Positions 1-9,025 are shown, numbered from the stretch's first letter. The stretch is DNA of 37,247 bases from Rhodanobacteraceae bacterium (GCA_035694895.1 DASSFA010000048.1:1-37247), one strand, 5' to 3'. Program-made: numbers and translations. The notes: generated from the sequence alone by a model not told the origin.

Positions 1-128
1 TGCGTCAGCCAATGCAGGCCCGAAGGCGTACGGCCGCGCAATATGGGGCCCTGCTGGATCCGCTGCGCAGCGCCTTGGGGATGCCTCCGTTCGAACAACT
101 CCCGAGGGGAGCTGTGGGGGCCGCCTGA
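1..128 (+). CDS. TPR/sulfotransferase-family protein, C-terminal fragment (gene begins left of the window)
   Basis: Frame 3 reads RQPMQARRRTAAQYGALLDPLRSALGMPPFEQLPRGAVGAA, then TGA at 126-128. The YGALLDPLR.AL tail matches the C-terminus of the 1685..3262 paralog (RQPLRRDTAHANRYGALLDPLRKALD). Confidence 0.5.
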   Translation, partial: RQPMQARRRTAAQYGALLDPLRSALGMPPFEQLPRGAVGAA

Positions 129-149
129 GCCGCTCGACCGCTCCGTCCA

Positions 150-1685
150 TCAGATTGCCGGGAAGGACAGCAACTGGGGCAGGTGCGTTGCGTAGTGTTC
201 CCAGCGGTTCACGGATTTCGAATGGACAGGTTGCCGTGCCTGCCACAGACTTGCCGTGCTGATGACGCTGGCAGGATCTCCGGCCGCTCGCATCTCGCTC
301 GAGGTCGGGGCTGGCAAGCCGATCCACGCCGCCACCTTCGCGATGACGGCATCAGGATGCGCAACCAACTGCTCGTACTGGACAGGCAGGATGACCTCGG
401 GGAAGCGCGAGCGCCAGTGTTCCATCAGCCGTTCGCAATCACGCATGACCGCTAAGATGGCGTTGAAATCGTAGGAGTAGCCTTGCACTTCTTCCTTGAA
501 GGATTGCATCCACAGTGATAGCGCAGTGTCGCGGGCGCTGCGCCGGCACGCGATGATTTTCGCGTTCGGAAACATCGCGAGCATCAGATCAACATAGCGG
601 AAATTGAGCGGCTGCTTGTCCATGTACCAGCGCGCATCGGTTTGGTCATCCTGCTTAGCCTGGGCACGATAGATCGCTGCGCCGCGTTCAAGAGCCGTAC
701 GTTCAGGAGCTGAGGCCAACTCCGGGAGTAGCGCCAGCTTTCCAATCCAAGGCAATTCCCCGCGGTTGCAGACCTTTGGGCGGCGTGCCAGCAGCTCGGC
801 AAGCAAGGTTGTGCCCGAGCGAGGCATGCCGACGATGAAAATCGGCGCGAAATCTTCAGATCCAGGCACGTGATGGCCGATCGGCGGGGCCGCCAAGCGG
901 GCCTCCACCGCGCGACGCCACGCTTTGCGCGTCCAAAGCGTCATTGAATGCGCCAGTGCATTTGCCTGTTGGAAGTATTCGGCGGCTTGTGCGTAATCGC
1001 CGATGTCATCATGGGACTTCCCCAAGGCAAACAGCAGCGTTGAACGCGCGCGCCTGCTCAGGTCCTCGCGTTGCAACAGTGTGCGAAACAGGGCGAAATC
1101 CCGGTGGCTCGCATCCGCATAGCGCTGTGCATTGGCCAAACCCAGCGGTGCCTCCCATTCGCAAGCATCCGGACTGTGCTGCAGCGCGAACTCGTAATGC
1201 TTGCGCGCGCGCTCGAAGTTTCCGAGTTGAAGCTGCAACATTCCCGCGTACGCGTGCAGGCGTGCATCTTTTGGGGCAGCAGCAAGCGCGATATCCGCGA
1301 TCGCAGCCGCGTCACTCTTGCGATCGGCTTCATCCACAAATTCAATCGCCCGGATCGCCAATTCCGGATGATGGAGGCCATGCTCGAAACAATCGCGCAG
1401 CGACTGCGCCGCGGATCGGCCACGTGCCTGGGCGACAAGCAAGCGCGCAAGCGTGAAAGCAGTGGCGAAATCGTTTGGCTGTTCCAGCAGCAATTCGCGG
1501 AGCAACGGTTCCGCAAGATCCGGATTGCCTGTCTGCTGAAATATGCCAGCGCGCATTCTCCTCAACTCGAAGGAACGCGGATGCTCCGCAAGCGCAGCGG
1601 CGATGAGAGAGGAGGCGCCGTCAAGATCGCCGCGCAATGCGCGAGCCCGCGCCTGGTCCAGCCACATTTGCTCGGGCTGCGCCAT
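150..1685 (-). CDS. TPR repeat-containing sulfotransferase family protein
   Basis: 511 aa. The N-terminal half is made of TPR-like helical repeats. The C-terminal half has the PAPS 5'-phosphosulfate loop GMPRSGTTLL and a downstream CRRSARDTALS region typical of sulfotransferases. Its ATG overlaps the stop of the upstream paralog (TGATG at 1683-1687). Confidence 0.85.
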   Translation of the reverse strand: MAQPEQMWLDQARARALRGDLDGASSLIAAALAEHPRSFELRRMRAGIFQQTGNPDLAEPLLRELLLEQPNDFATAFTLARLLVAQARGRSAAQSLRDCFEHGLHHPELAIRAIEFVDEADRKSDAAAIADIALAAAPKDARLHAYAGMLQLQLGNFERARKHYEFALQHSPDACEWEAPLGLANAQRYADASHRDFALFRTLLQREDLSRRARSTLLFALGKSHDDIGDYAQAAEYFQQANALAHSMTLWTRKAWRRAVEARLAAPPIGHHVPGSEDFAPIFIVGMPRSGTTLLAELLARRPKVCNRGELPWIGKLALLPELASAPERTALERGAAIYRAQAKQDDQTDARWYMDKQPLNFRYVDLMLAMFPNAKIIACRRSARDTALSLWMQSFKEEVQGYSYDFNAILAVMRDCERLMEHWRSRFPEVILPVQYEQLVAHPDAVIAKVAAWIGLPAPTSSEMRAAGDPASVISTASLWQARQPVHSKSVNRWEHYATHLPQLLSFPAI

Positions 1686-3262
1686 CAGTCGACGAACGCC
1701 GGCGAATCCAGCGCCTTGCGAAGCGGATCGAGAAGGGCGCCGTAGCGATTTGCATGCGCGGTATCGCGTCGCAACGGCTGGCGAACCTGCGTGGCACTGG
1801 GGGAACGCACATCGCGGCGGGTCTGGTGGAAATCCAGGCAGGCTTGCTCGAACGGCAGCCCGCAGCGGTTCAGCAGAGCGCGAATGCTGCTTTCCGGATC
1901 GGCAATCAGGTCCTCATAGACGTGCGTATAGACGTTCTCGGTGTGCAGCATCTGCCAGTGCGTGGCGGTGCGGTCGAAGGTATGCCAGAACGCGGCAAGA
2001 TCCTCGAACGTACGCTGATAATCATTGTTTTCCAGGTATTGCCGATAGCAGGAAAAGCAGGTTTCCACTGGGTCGCGTCGGCAGACAATGACGTGGGCGC
2101 CGGGCAGCATCGCTCGGATCGCGCCGATGTACATCCAGTTGCCGGGCAGCTTGTCCGTCAACGCAGGCTTGCTGCCCCGCCAATGTGCGGTTCTTTGCAG
2201 GTACGTTTGCCCCAGGCGTTGCCAGTCAGCGGGCTGCGCGTCCGCCGCCCACTGCGGGAACGGCTTGCCCACGCGGTGTGCTTCGGATGCCAGAACGAGC
2301 GGCAGATCGGGCAATTCCCCTGATCCTGCCACCTGGGAGTGCGATGCGAAAATTTGCTCGACCAGCGTCGAACCTGATCGCGGCAGGCCGACGATGAAGA
2401 TCATCCCACGGCCCAGCTCCCGGGCCGCGCCGTGTGGTGGCGGGGTAAACGCCTGCAGAATCAAGTCCATCTGCGCGTCGAACGCCTTCGCGTCCCAGCG
2501 CCGGCTGCGCCGCGCAACCGAGTTGGCATGCTCCAGGGCGGCCAGGGATTCTGCATATCGGCCTTCATCATCCAGCGCTTTGGCGAGAGCGAAACCGATT
2601 GCAACCAGGTCGTGGTCCGTGGCTCGCGAATCGCGCATGGCGCGCCGCATCTGCCCCACGTCCCCTTCGTTCAAGCGCATGGTCTTGAGGGCCGCGAGTC
2701 CCCACCATGCCATTCCGGTCCAGGGTTTACGTTCCAGAACATGTCGGTACGCGGCAATCGCCTCGTCCACCCGGTCTTCCATGCGCAGCATGTCCGCCAA
2801 CAAGGCGCGCGCATCCATATGCGCAGGGTCGAGCGTCACCGCTCGCCGCAGAGCTTCGATCGCCTCCGCGTGGCGCACCGACCGCGTCAACATCACGCCG
2901 AGATTGAACCAGGCCGTGGCGAGGGAGGGTTGCAGTTCGCAGGCGCGACGTAGTGCAGCTATGGCGCCTTCGTAGTCACCGCAGGATCCGAGCACCGCGC
3001 CCAGCGTGTTGTAGTAGAGCGGGTCATCAGGGCGTTGCGCGATGGCGGCCTGCATGATGCGCGCGGCTTCGCCGGGCCTGCCGCGCAGATCGAGCAAGCC
3101 GGCGTGCAGGCGCAGAACTTCCGGATGACGTGGATCGGATTGCAGCAGCGGCGCGATCCGGGTAGCCGCCTCGTCCGGTCGTCCCATTTCCAGTGCCTGT
3201 GCGGTCGCCAGGACGTGCGGGATGGCAGCCTGACTCAGGCCTTGTAATCTCGAACTGCTCAT
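1685..3262 (-). CDS. TPR repeat-containing sulfotransferase family protein
   Basis: 525 aa. Several clear TPR units (e.g. YYNTLGAVLGSCGDYEGAIAALRRACELQP), then GLPRSGSTLVEQ and CRRDPVETCFS sulfotransferase motifs. Confidence 0.85.
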   Translation of the reverse strand: MSSSRLQGLSQAAIPHVLATAQALEMGRPDEAATRIAPLLQSDPRHPEVLRLHAGLLDLRGRPGEAARIMQAAIAQRPDDPLYYNTLGAVLGSCGDYEGAIAALRRACELQPSLATAWFNLGVMLTRSVRHAEAIEALRRAVTLDPAHMDARALLADMLRMEDRVDEAIAAYRHVLERKPWTGMAWWGLAALKTMRLNEGDVGQMRRAMRDSRATDHDLVAIGFALAKALDDEGRYAESLAALEHANSVARRSRRWDAKAFDAQMDLILQAFTPPPHGAARELGRGMIFIVGLPRSGSTLVEQIFASHSQVAGSGELPDLPLVLASEAHRVGKPFPQWAADAQPADWQRLGQTYLQRTAHWRGSKPALTDKLPGNWMYIGAIRAMLPGAHVIVCRRDPVETCFSCYRQYLENNDYQRTFEDLAAFWHTFDRTATHWQMLHTENVYTHVYEDLIADPESSIRALLNRCGLPFEQACLDFHQTRRDVRSPSATQVRQPLRRDTAHANRYGALLDPLRKALDSPAFVD

Positions 3263-3365
3263 GTCGCCATTATCGTCTGGACCGCGAATCCGGAAAGCCG
3301 ATATACCATACCGCCTCGATCACGCGATGCTCCCGGGCGTGGCAACGGCGCAGCCGGCAAAGACA

Positions 3366-4805
3366 ATGCATATTCCCCGAAGCGACAACGAGGCCCAGCG
3401 ATTTTCCCATGCCTTGGAGCTCTGGCGCCGCGGGGACGTGGCGCAAGCCGAAGCCATCCTGCACGAACTGGTCGCGCGGCGGCCCGCCCGCGAGGATTTC
3501 TCCACACTGTTGGCCGAGGTTCTGCGCAACCAGGGCAGGCTGGACACCGCGTCGAGGGTAATCTTCGAATGCTGCAAGGCCGGCGGCTTCGATCCCGATG
3601 TGAGCCTGCGCGGAGCAAAATTCATCCAGCAGTGTCATCGCCACGGATTGGCCGACGAGCTATGCCGCGCGACGATTGCGCGCGGCGCGGTGAGCTCCGA
3701 GATGTGGTTCGTTGCGGGCAATATCGCCCGCGAACTCGGCGACTTCGACCGGGCGCGTACCGACTACCTCGCCGCGCTCGAGGCCGGCGTGGATCTGAAT
3801 TCCTCCATGGTGTTTGGTGCACTCGCCCGGACCCAGCGCTATCGTGATCCGGCGCATCCGGATTTCGCGAAATTCCTCGCGCACTTCGACAATTCCGGAT
3901 TTTCCGTGCGTGCGCGCGCGGCGACCGGCTTCGGGCTGGCAAAGGCCTACGACGATATCGGCGAGTGGCGAACCGCCGCAGGGGTATTGCGCAAGGCGAA
4001 TGCACTGGTGCGCACGGTGCAGTCGTGGGATTCCTCTGGCTGGCATCAATTCGTGGAGGCACGCGCCCGCGCGCGGGTTGCCCGCTTGCGATCCACGATT
4101 GCTCCGGATTTCGTCCCGGTCTTCATCCTGGGATTGCCGCGCACCGGTACCACGCTCACGGCAACACGGTTGGCCAGTCACATCGGTGCGCGCGATCGCG
4201 GTGAACTGCGGGTGTTGCGGTTCGTCGCCGAGGAGCTCATCCGCGGCGGCCATCTCGACAATGTGGGCGCGATCGGGGAGGCGGCACGGTTGTATTGCGC
4301 GCACGCGCGCCAGGACGATGCACCTGCGCGCTATTACATGGACCAGGATCCGCTCAATTTTCGCTACCTGGACCTGATCGAGGCGATGTTCCCGCAGGCG
4401 CAGATCATCCATTGCCGCCGCGATCGGGGTGACACCGCCCTTTCGCTGTGGAGCCAGGATTTCGCCCATCCGGATTGCGCATTCGCCTACGATTTCGATT
4501 CGATCGCCGATTACATGGCCGGGCACGATGAGCTGATGGCGCACTGGCGCCGGACGCTGTCATTGCCGATCCATACGGTGGATTACGAGTTGCTGGTCAC
4601 GGAACCGCAGCTTGTCCTGCGAGAACTTGCGGGGAGTATCGGAGCGCCTGAGCGGACCGCGCCGGAGGCGCAAGTCACGCCGATCAATTCGTCCAGCGTG
4701 TGGCAGGCACGCCAGCCTATCTATACGAGTTCGGTCGGGCGATGGCGCGCTTACCTTCCGTTCGTGCCGGAGCTTGCAAAGTTCGCAACCGGCACCGGCG
4801 GGTAA
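3366..4805 (+). CDS. TPR repeat-containing sulfotransferase family protein
   Basis: Contains GLPRTGTTL and CRRDRGDTALS motifs. The C-terminus (SVWQARQPIYTSSVGRW) is of the same subtype as 150..1685. The track ORF starts at 3261. I prefer the ATG at 3366 (MHIPRSDNEAQRF...), which aligns with paralog N-termini and leaves a 103-bp divergent promoter region. Confidence 0.8.
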   Translation: MHIPRSDNEAQRFSHALELWRRGDVAQAEAILHELVARRPAREDFSTLLAEVLRNQGRLDTASRVIFECCKAGGFDPDVSLRGAKFIQQCHRHGLADELCRATIARGAVSSEMWFVAGNIARELGDFDRARTDYLAALEAGVDLNSSMVFGALARTQRYRDPAHPDFAKFLAHFDNSGFSVRARAATGFGLAKAYDDIGEWRTAAGVLRKANALVRTVQSWDSSGWHQFVEARARARVARLRSTIAPDFVPVFILGLPRTGTTLTATRLASHIGARDRGELRVLRFVAEELIRGGHLDNVGAIGEAARLYCAHARQDDAPARYYMDQDPLNFRYLDLIEAMFPQAQIIHCRRDRGDTALSLWSQDFAHPDCAFAYDFDSIADYMAGHDELMAHWRRTLSLPIHTVDYELLVTEPQLVLRELAGSIGAPERTAPEAQVTPINSSSVWQARQPIYTSSVGRWRAYLPFVPELAKFATGTGG

Positions 4806-4809
4806 GCGG

Positions 4810-5748
4810 TCAATGCGACCCGCGGTTGATGCGCACGTCACCGCTGAAACTGTTGATCACGATGCTGCCGTTGCCGCTTCCGACCTTGGCGCCGAGGTGT
4901 TCGCCGGGGCCGTGCTCGCTGCCGTAGGGTTTGCCGAAATCGCTGTGCAGGTCGCCCGAGAAGGTGTCGGCCTTGATCTGCGCTGAAGTGTTTTCGGGAA
5001 TACCGAGCCGCACGTCGCCGCTCATGGTGTCCACCTTCCAACTGGCGGCGGGAGCCAGCGCCGCATCGAGCTGGATGCGGCCGGAAACGGTTCCGAGGTT
5101 CACCCGGTCCAGCGTGTTGCCGCGCAGGAGCAGGCCGCCCGACACGGTCTGCGCCGTGAGGTTGCCGTTGAGCGTGGCGGCCTGGACGTCACCGGAGACC
5201 GTCTGCACGTCCATCCCGTTGGCGGCGCCTTCGAAATCCACGTCGCCGCTGACGCTGTCCACCTTCAGCGTGCCCACGCGGGCATTCAGGTGCACGCGGC
5301 CGCTGACCGTGTTGACGCCCAACGCCCGGCCATCCATCCCGGTCACGTCCACCGGCGCGCTGACCACGTGCACCTGCAGTGCGGCGGCATGGGGTACGTG
5401 CACATCCAGCACGGTGGGGTTCATCTCGTTGTCGCTGCTGAACCCGAACCACTTCGTGGACTTCCCGGAGGGCTCGACGCGGATTTCCAGCGATTGCGGG
5501 TCGCCGCTGATCTGCAAAGGCCTGGCGCCATCGCCGAGCGTGCCCTCCACCTGGATGCGGTTCTGGTTCCAGCCGCTGACGCGTACTTCGCCTTTCACAT
5601 TGCTGATCACGATTTGCGCGTTCGGCGCAGCGTCGCGGCTGAGGTGGATCGGCGTGTCGGCATACGCGGCGGCACTGGCCAGCACTGCTAGCAGGGCGGC
5701 CGTGCCGACGGGGAGCCGGACGAAACGAATGATGGGCATGCGGTACAT
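4810..5748 (-). CDS. DUF4097-type beta-strand repeat protein (putative secreted/envelope protein)
   Basis: 312 aa. N-terminal signal peptide (LLAVLASAAAYADTP). Reiterated VSG(D/R)V / TVSGD beta-repeat units typical of DUF4097. Last gene of the sigma/anti-sigma operon. Confidence 0.75.
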   Translation of the reverse strand: MYRMPIIRFVRLPVGTAALLAVLASAAAYADTPIHLSRDAAPNAQIVISNVKGEVRVSGWNQNRIQVEGTLGDGARPLQISGDPQSLEIRVEPSGKSTKWFGFSSDNEMNPTVLDVHVPHAAALQVHVVSAPVDVTGMDGRALGVNTVSGRVHLNARVGTLKVDSVSGDVDFEGAANGMDVQTVSGDVQAATLNGNLTAQTVSGGLLLRGNTLDRVNLGTVSGRIQLDAALAPAASWKVDTMSGDVRLGIPENTSAQIKADTFSGDLHSDFGKPYGSEHGPGEHLGAKVGSGNGSIVINSFSGDVRINRGSH

Positions 5749-5770
5749 GGTCGTGTCCTGACGTGAGTGA

Positions 5771-6208
5771 TCAACCGGCGCCGACGTCGAGGCGACGCAA
5801 GCGCGATTGCTGGTGTTCGGTGTTTTGCAGCAGACGTTGCAGGTATTCCGAATGCGGCGCGATCGCCAGCGCCTGCTGCAATTCGCCCTGGGCGGCGCTC
5901 AGTTCCACCGCCGCGCCGCGCAGGCGCGGATCGCTGGGTTTCCAGCGCGCGGGGGTGTTCGCGGCCGCGGCAATCTGCGCCGGCGAGGTGGCCGGCTGCG
6001 GCGAATGCAGGGCGCGAATGCCGACCACGCCGACGATCACGGCGGCACAGGCGAACGATGCGGCGAGCGCAAGCCATTGCATGCGCCGGTGCGGCGCACG
6101 CGATTGCGTTTCGATGCGTGCGGCGATCGCCGGCCAAAGGTCGCGCTGCGGTTCGACCGGCTGCGCCAGTGCGCGCAGCTTCTGACGGTCTTCAAAATGC
6201 AGGTTCAT
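5771..6208 (-). CDS. putative anti-sigma factor (single-pass membrane protein)
   Basis: 145 aa. Central hydrophobic helix (WLALAASFACAAVIVGVVGI). Its ATG overlaps the stop of the ECF sigma gene (ATGA at 6205-6208). The call rests on position and topology only. Confidence 0.6.
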   Translation of the reverse strand: MNLHFEDRQKLRALAQPVEPQRDLWPAIAARIETQSRAPHRRMQWLALAASFACAAVIVGVVGIRALHSPQPATSPAQIAAAANTPARWKPSDPRLRGAAVELSAAQGELQQALAIAPHSEYLQRLLQNTEHQQSRLRRLDVGAG

Positions 6209-6819
6209 GACTCCATGACTCCCAAAGCGCGCCGCAACAATCGGCGTGCGCGATGCAATTGCGCCTTCGACGAGCCCACTGCCATGCCCAGCTCGGAGGC
6301 GATCTCCTCGTGCTTCCAGCCTTCCACGTCATGCAGCACCAGCACCGCGCGGGTGCGCGGCGATAGCGAAGCGACCGCGCGTTCCAGTTCCTCGCGTTCG
6401 GCCGGGCAGAACGGTTGCGCGCCGGATTCGGGCAGGGTGTCTTCTTCCACGCCTTGCTCGACCGGATCGTTCTTCAGCGAACGCAGGTCCATCAGCGCGG
6501 TGTTGATGGCGAGGCGATAAAGCCAGGTGCCGAATGCGCTCTCGAAACGGAAGCCGGGCAGCTTCTGCCAGGCGCGCACGAAGGCCTCCTGGGTCAGTTC
6601 TTCGGCGCGCGCATGACGGCCGCCGACGAGGCGCAGGATTGCGCCGTGCACCCGGGCGGCGTGGCGCCGGTAAAGCGCCTCGAAGGCGCGGCTGTCGCCG
6701 CGCGCGGCGTTGCGGGCGAGTCGGACGTCCTCGTCGGCCGGACTGCGGCTGGCGAATTCGGCCACGGGCGCGCCGCGCGCTGGCTGCATGGGAATTCCGA
6801 GGGAGAGGCAGGCATCCAT
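6205..6819 (-). CDS. RNA polymerase ECF-type sigma-70 factor
   Basis: Region 2 (AFEALYRRHAARVHGAILRLVG...AEELTQEAFVRAWQKL) and region 4 HTH (EEIASELGMAVGSSKAQLHRARRLLR) are recognisable. The start could instead be the ATG at 6789. Confidence 0.85.
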   Translation of the reverse strand: MDACLSLGIPMQPARGAPVAEFASRSPADEDVRLARNAARGDSRAFEALYRRHAARVHGAILRLVGGRHARAEELTQEAFVRAWQKLPGFRFESAFGTWLYRLAINTALMDLRSLKNDPVEQGVEEDTLPESGAQPFCPAEREELERAVASLSPRTRAVLVLHDVEGWKHEEIASELGMAVGSSKAQLHRARRLLRRALGVMES

Positions 6820-6892
6820 CTTGGCAGATTGGATGCGCGGACGCGGCGGAGGGTTTACTCCGCCGCTTGGGCCCAGGCAGGGCAGGCGTCGC

Positions 6893-8692
6893 TCACGACA
6901 CCGCGGCCGCCTTGCGCGCCGGGGTTGCGGACTCGCCTGGTTCCCGCTTCAACGCCTCTGCCACGCGCTGCTGTTCGGCGCGCAGCTTTTCCGGCAGATG
7001 CGTGCCGTAGCCGTCGAGGTACTCGCCGATCGCGGCGACTTCGGCCTGCCAACCTTGCGTATCGAAGTCGAGCAGGGTGTCCAGGGCATCGTCGGCCAGG
7101 TGCAGGCCTTCGGTGTTCAGGTCGCCCGCGTTCGGCAGCAGGCCGATCGGCGTTTCCGTCGCGCCCACTTCGCCGTTGACGCGCTTCAGCATCCACTCCA
7201 GCACGCGCAGGTTGTCGCCGAAGCCCGGCCACAGGAACTTGCCGTCAGGGCCCTTGCGGAACCAGTTGACGTGGAAGACCTTCGGCAGCTGCGCGCCGGG
7301 CTGGTCGAATGACAGCCAGTGGGCGAAATAGTCGCCGTAGTTGTAGCCGCAGAAGGGTTTCATCGCCATCGGATCGCGACGCACCACGCCGACCTTGCCG
7401 GTCGCGGCGGCAGTGGTTTCGGACGCCATGCCGGCGCCGACCAGCACGCCTTGCGTCCAGTCGCGCGCCTCGAATACCAGCGGTACCAGCGACTCGCGGC
7501 GGCCGCCGAACACGATCGCGCTGATCGGCACGCCTTCGGGGTTCTCCGCTTCCGGCGACCAGCTCGGGCATTGCGTCGCGCGCACGGTGAAGCGCGAATT
7601 CGGATGCGCGGCCGGGCCGTTGGCAGGATCGTAATCGCGCCCTTGCCAGTCCTTGACCGGCTTGCGATCGTCCAGGCCTTCCCACCAGGGGTCGTTGTCG
7701 GCGGTGACCGCGACATTGGTGAAGATCGCATCGTGGTCGAGCATCTTCACCGCATTCGGATTGGTCTTGTTGGATGTGCCCGGCGCCACGCCGAAGTAGC
7801 CGGCTTCCGGGTTGATCGCATACAGACGGCCGTCCTTGCCCGGCGTCATCCAGCAGATGTCGTCGCCCACCGTCCAGACTTTCCAGCCGTCGCGCCGATA
7901 GCCCTCCGGCGGAATCAGCATGGCGAGGTTGGTCTTGCCGCAGGCTGACGGGAAGGCCGCGGCGATGTACTGGATGTTGCCGTGCGGATTCTCGATGCCC
8001 ACGATCAGCATGTGCTCGGCCAGCCAGCCTTCCGTGCGTGCCTGCCAGGAGGCGATGCGCAGCGCATGGCACTTCTTGCCGAGCAGCGCATTCCCGCCGT
8101 AGCCTGAGCCGTAGGACTTGATCGAGAGCTCTTCCGGGAAATGCATGATGAAGCGGCGCTCGGGATCGAGTTCGCCGGTGGAGTGCTGACCCTTCACGAA
8201 GCGGCCTTCGCGTTCGATGCGCTCCAGTGCCGCGGTGCCCATGCGGGTCATGATCCGCATGTTGGCGACCACGTACGGGGAATCGGTGATCTCCACCCCG
8301 CAGCGCGAAATCGGCGAACCCAGCGGGCCCATGCAGTAGGGGATCACGTACATGGTGCGCCCCTTCATGCAGCCGTCGAACAGCGCGTCGATCCTGGCGT
8401 GCGCATCGGACGGATCCATCCAGTGATTGTTGGGGCCGGCGTCTTCCTGATTTTTCGTGCAGACGAAGGTCAGGTGTTCGACGCGCGCCACGTCGCTGGG
8501 TGCGGAACGGTGCAGGTGACAACCCGGATGCGTCTTCTGGTTCAGCTCCAGCAGATCGCCGCTTTTGAGCATGAGCTCGGTGAGCTTGCGGGCCTCGGCT
8601 TCCGAGCCATCGCACCAGTGGATATGGTCCGGGCGTGTTCGCTGGGCGACTTCGTCCACCCATCGGTTCAGCGTATCCAGTTTGCTTGCCAT
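6893..8692 (-). CDS. pckG: phosphoenolpyruvate carboxykinase (GTP)
   Basis: Has the kinase-1a loop FPSACGKTN and the typical GTP-PEPCK blocks (YGGNALLGKKC, WMxF). I chose the ATG at 8692 (MASKLDTLNRW...) because GAGGAG lies directly upstream; the track ORF extends to 8758. Confidence 0.95.
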   Translation of the reverse strand: MASKLDTLNRWVDEVAQRTRPDHIHWCDGSEAEARKLTELMLKSGDLLELNQKTHPGCHLHRSAPSDVARVEHLTFVCTKNQEDAGPNNHWMDPSDAHARIDALFDGCMKGRTMYVIPYCMGPLGSPISRCGVEITDSPYVVANMRIMTRMGTAALERIEREGRFVKGQHSTGELDPERRFIMHFPEELSIKSYGSGYGGNALLGKKCHALRIASWQARTEGWLAEHMLIVGIENPHGNIQYIAAAFPSACGKTNLAMLIPPEGYRRDGWKVWTVGDDICWMTPGKDGRLYAINPEAGYFGVAPGTSNKTNPNAVKMLDHDAIFTNVAVTADNDPWWEGLDDRKPVKDWQGRDYDPANGPAAHPNSRFTVRATQCPSWSPEAENPEGVPISAIVFGGRRESLVPLVFEARDWTQGVLVGAGMASETTAAATGKVGVVRRDPMAMKPFCGYNYGDYFAHWLSFDQPGAQLPKVFHVNWFRKGPDGKFLWPGFGDNLRVLEWMLKRVNGEVGATETPIGLLPNAGDLNTEGLHLADDALDTLLDFDTQGWQAEVAAIGEYLDGYGTHLPEKLRAEQQRVAEALKREPGESATPARKAAAVS

Positions 8693-8705
8693 GTCTCCTC
8701 GCCCG

Positions 8706-8730
8706 CATATAGAAAAGGTATAGAAAGTTA
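8706..8730 (-). promoter_or_regulatory. AT-rich promoter-like island upstream of pckG with direct repeat TATAGAAA
   Basis: TATAGAAA occurs at 8708 and 8719, spaced 11 bp apart. It is the only AT-rich patch in the region, about 15-35 nt upstream of the pckG SD. No experimental support. Confidence 0.3.
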
Positions 8731-8879
8731 CGGTAGCCCCGGCGCCAGGTGAATGCAAGGAACGCCGGGGGAGGCGGGATGGGGAAGCTGGAGGCAGCAG
8801 GTGGGATGCGGCGGGACGGAACGGCAGCGTCGAATTTCCCGAACGTCAGGGCCGCTCGCAGTTTCATCGCGAGCGGAAT

Positions 8880-8970
8880 CCGGAATCTGCTCCTGAACTC
8901 CGAAGAAGAAGCAGATTCCGGGTTCTGTCCGGATTTCGTCCGAACAGCTCCGGAATGACGACGGTGGGTT
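8880..8970. repeat. intergenic palindromic repeat, copy A (CCGGAATC...GATTCCGG core plus CCGGAATGACGAC..GGTGGGTT end)
   Basis: Inverted repeat CCGGAATCTGC (8880-8890) / GCAGATTCCGG (8911-8921), then CCGGAATGACGA (8950-8961) and GGTGGGTT (8963-8970). The same end motif is seen at 13220-13242. Confidence 0.55.
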
Positions 8971-8982
8971 TAGCCTCGCTTC

Positions 8983-9024
8983 GAGTCCCGAGTCCCGAGT
9001 CCCGAGTCCCGAGTCCCGCGTCCC
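8983..9024. repeat. heptanucleotide tandem repeat (GAGTCCC)x5 plus one degenerate unit
   Basis: Direct reading: five perfect GAGTCCC units at 8983-9017, then GCGTCCC at 9018-9024. The repeat ends one base before the TetR stop codon (9026-9028). Confidence 0.95.
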
Positions 9025-9025
9025 G

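Noticed and set aside
3261-3365. Start of the plus-strand sulfotransferase at 3261, sharing a CATG with the divergent gene
   Set aside because: It would leave no promoter space for either gene, and the first 35 codons do not align with paralog N-termini. The ATG at 3366 is preferred. The longer form remains possible.
7245-8867. 540-aa ORF on the minus strand overlapping pckG in another frame; also the pckG track extension to 8758
   Set aside because: It is an out-of-frame shadow of a clearly identified GTP-PEPCK and is Arg/Pro/Gly-rich with no motifs. The PEPCK start at 8692 has a GAGGAG SD, whereas the 22 upstream codons have none.
8983-9024. Possible CRISPR array
   Set aside because: The units are 7 bp and directly abutting, with no spacers. 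This is a microsatellite, not a CRISPR array.
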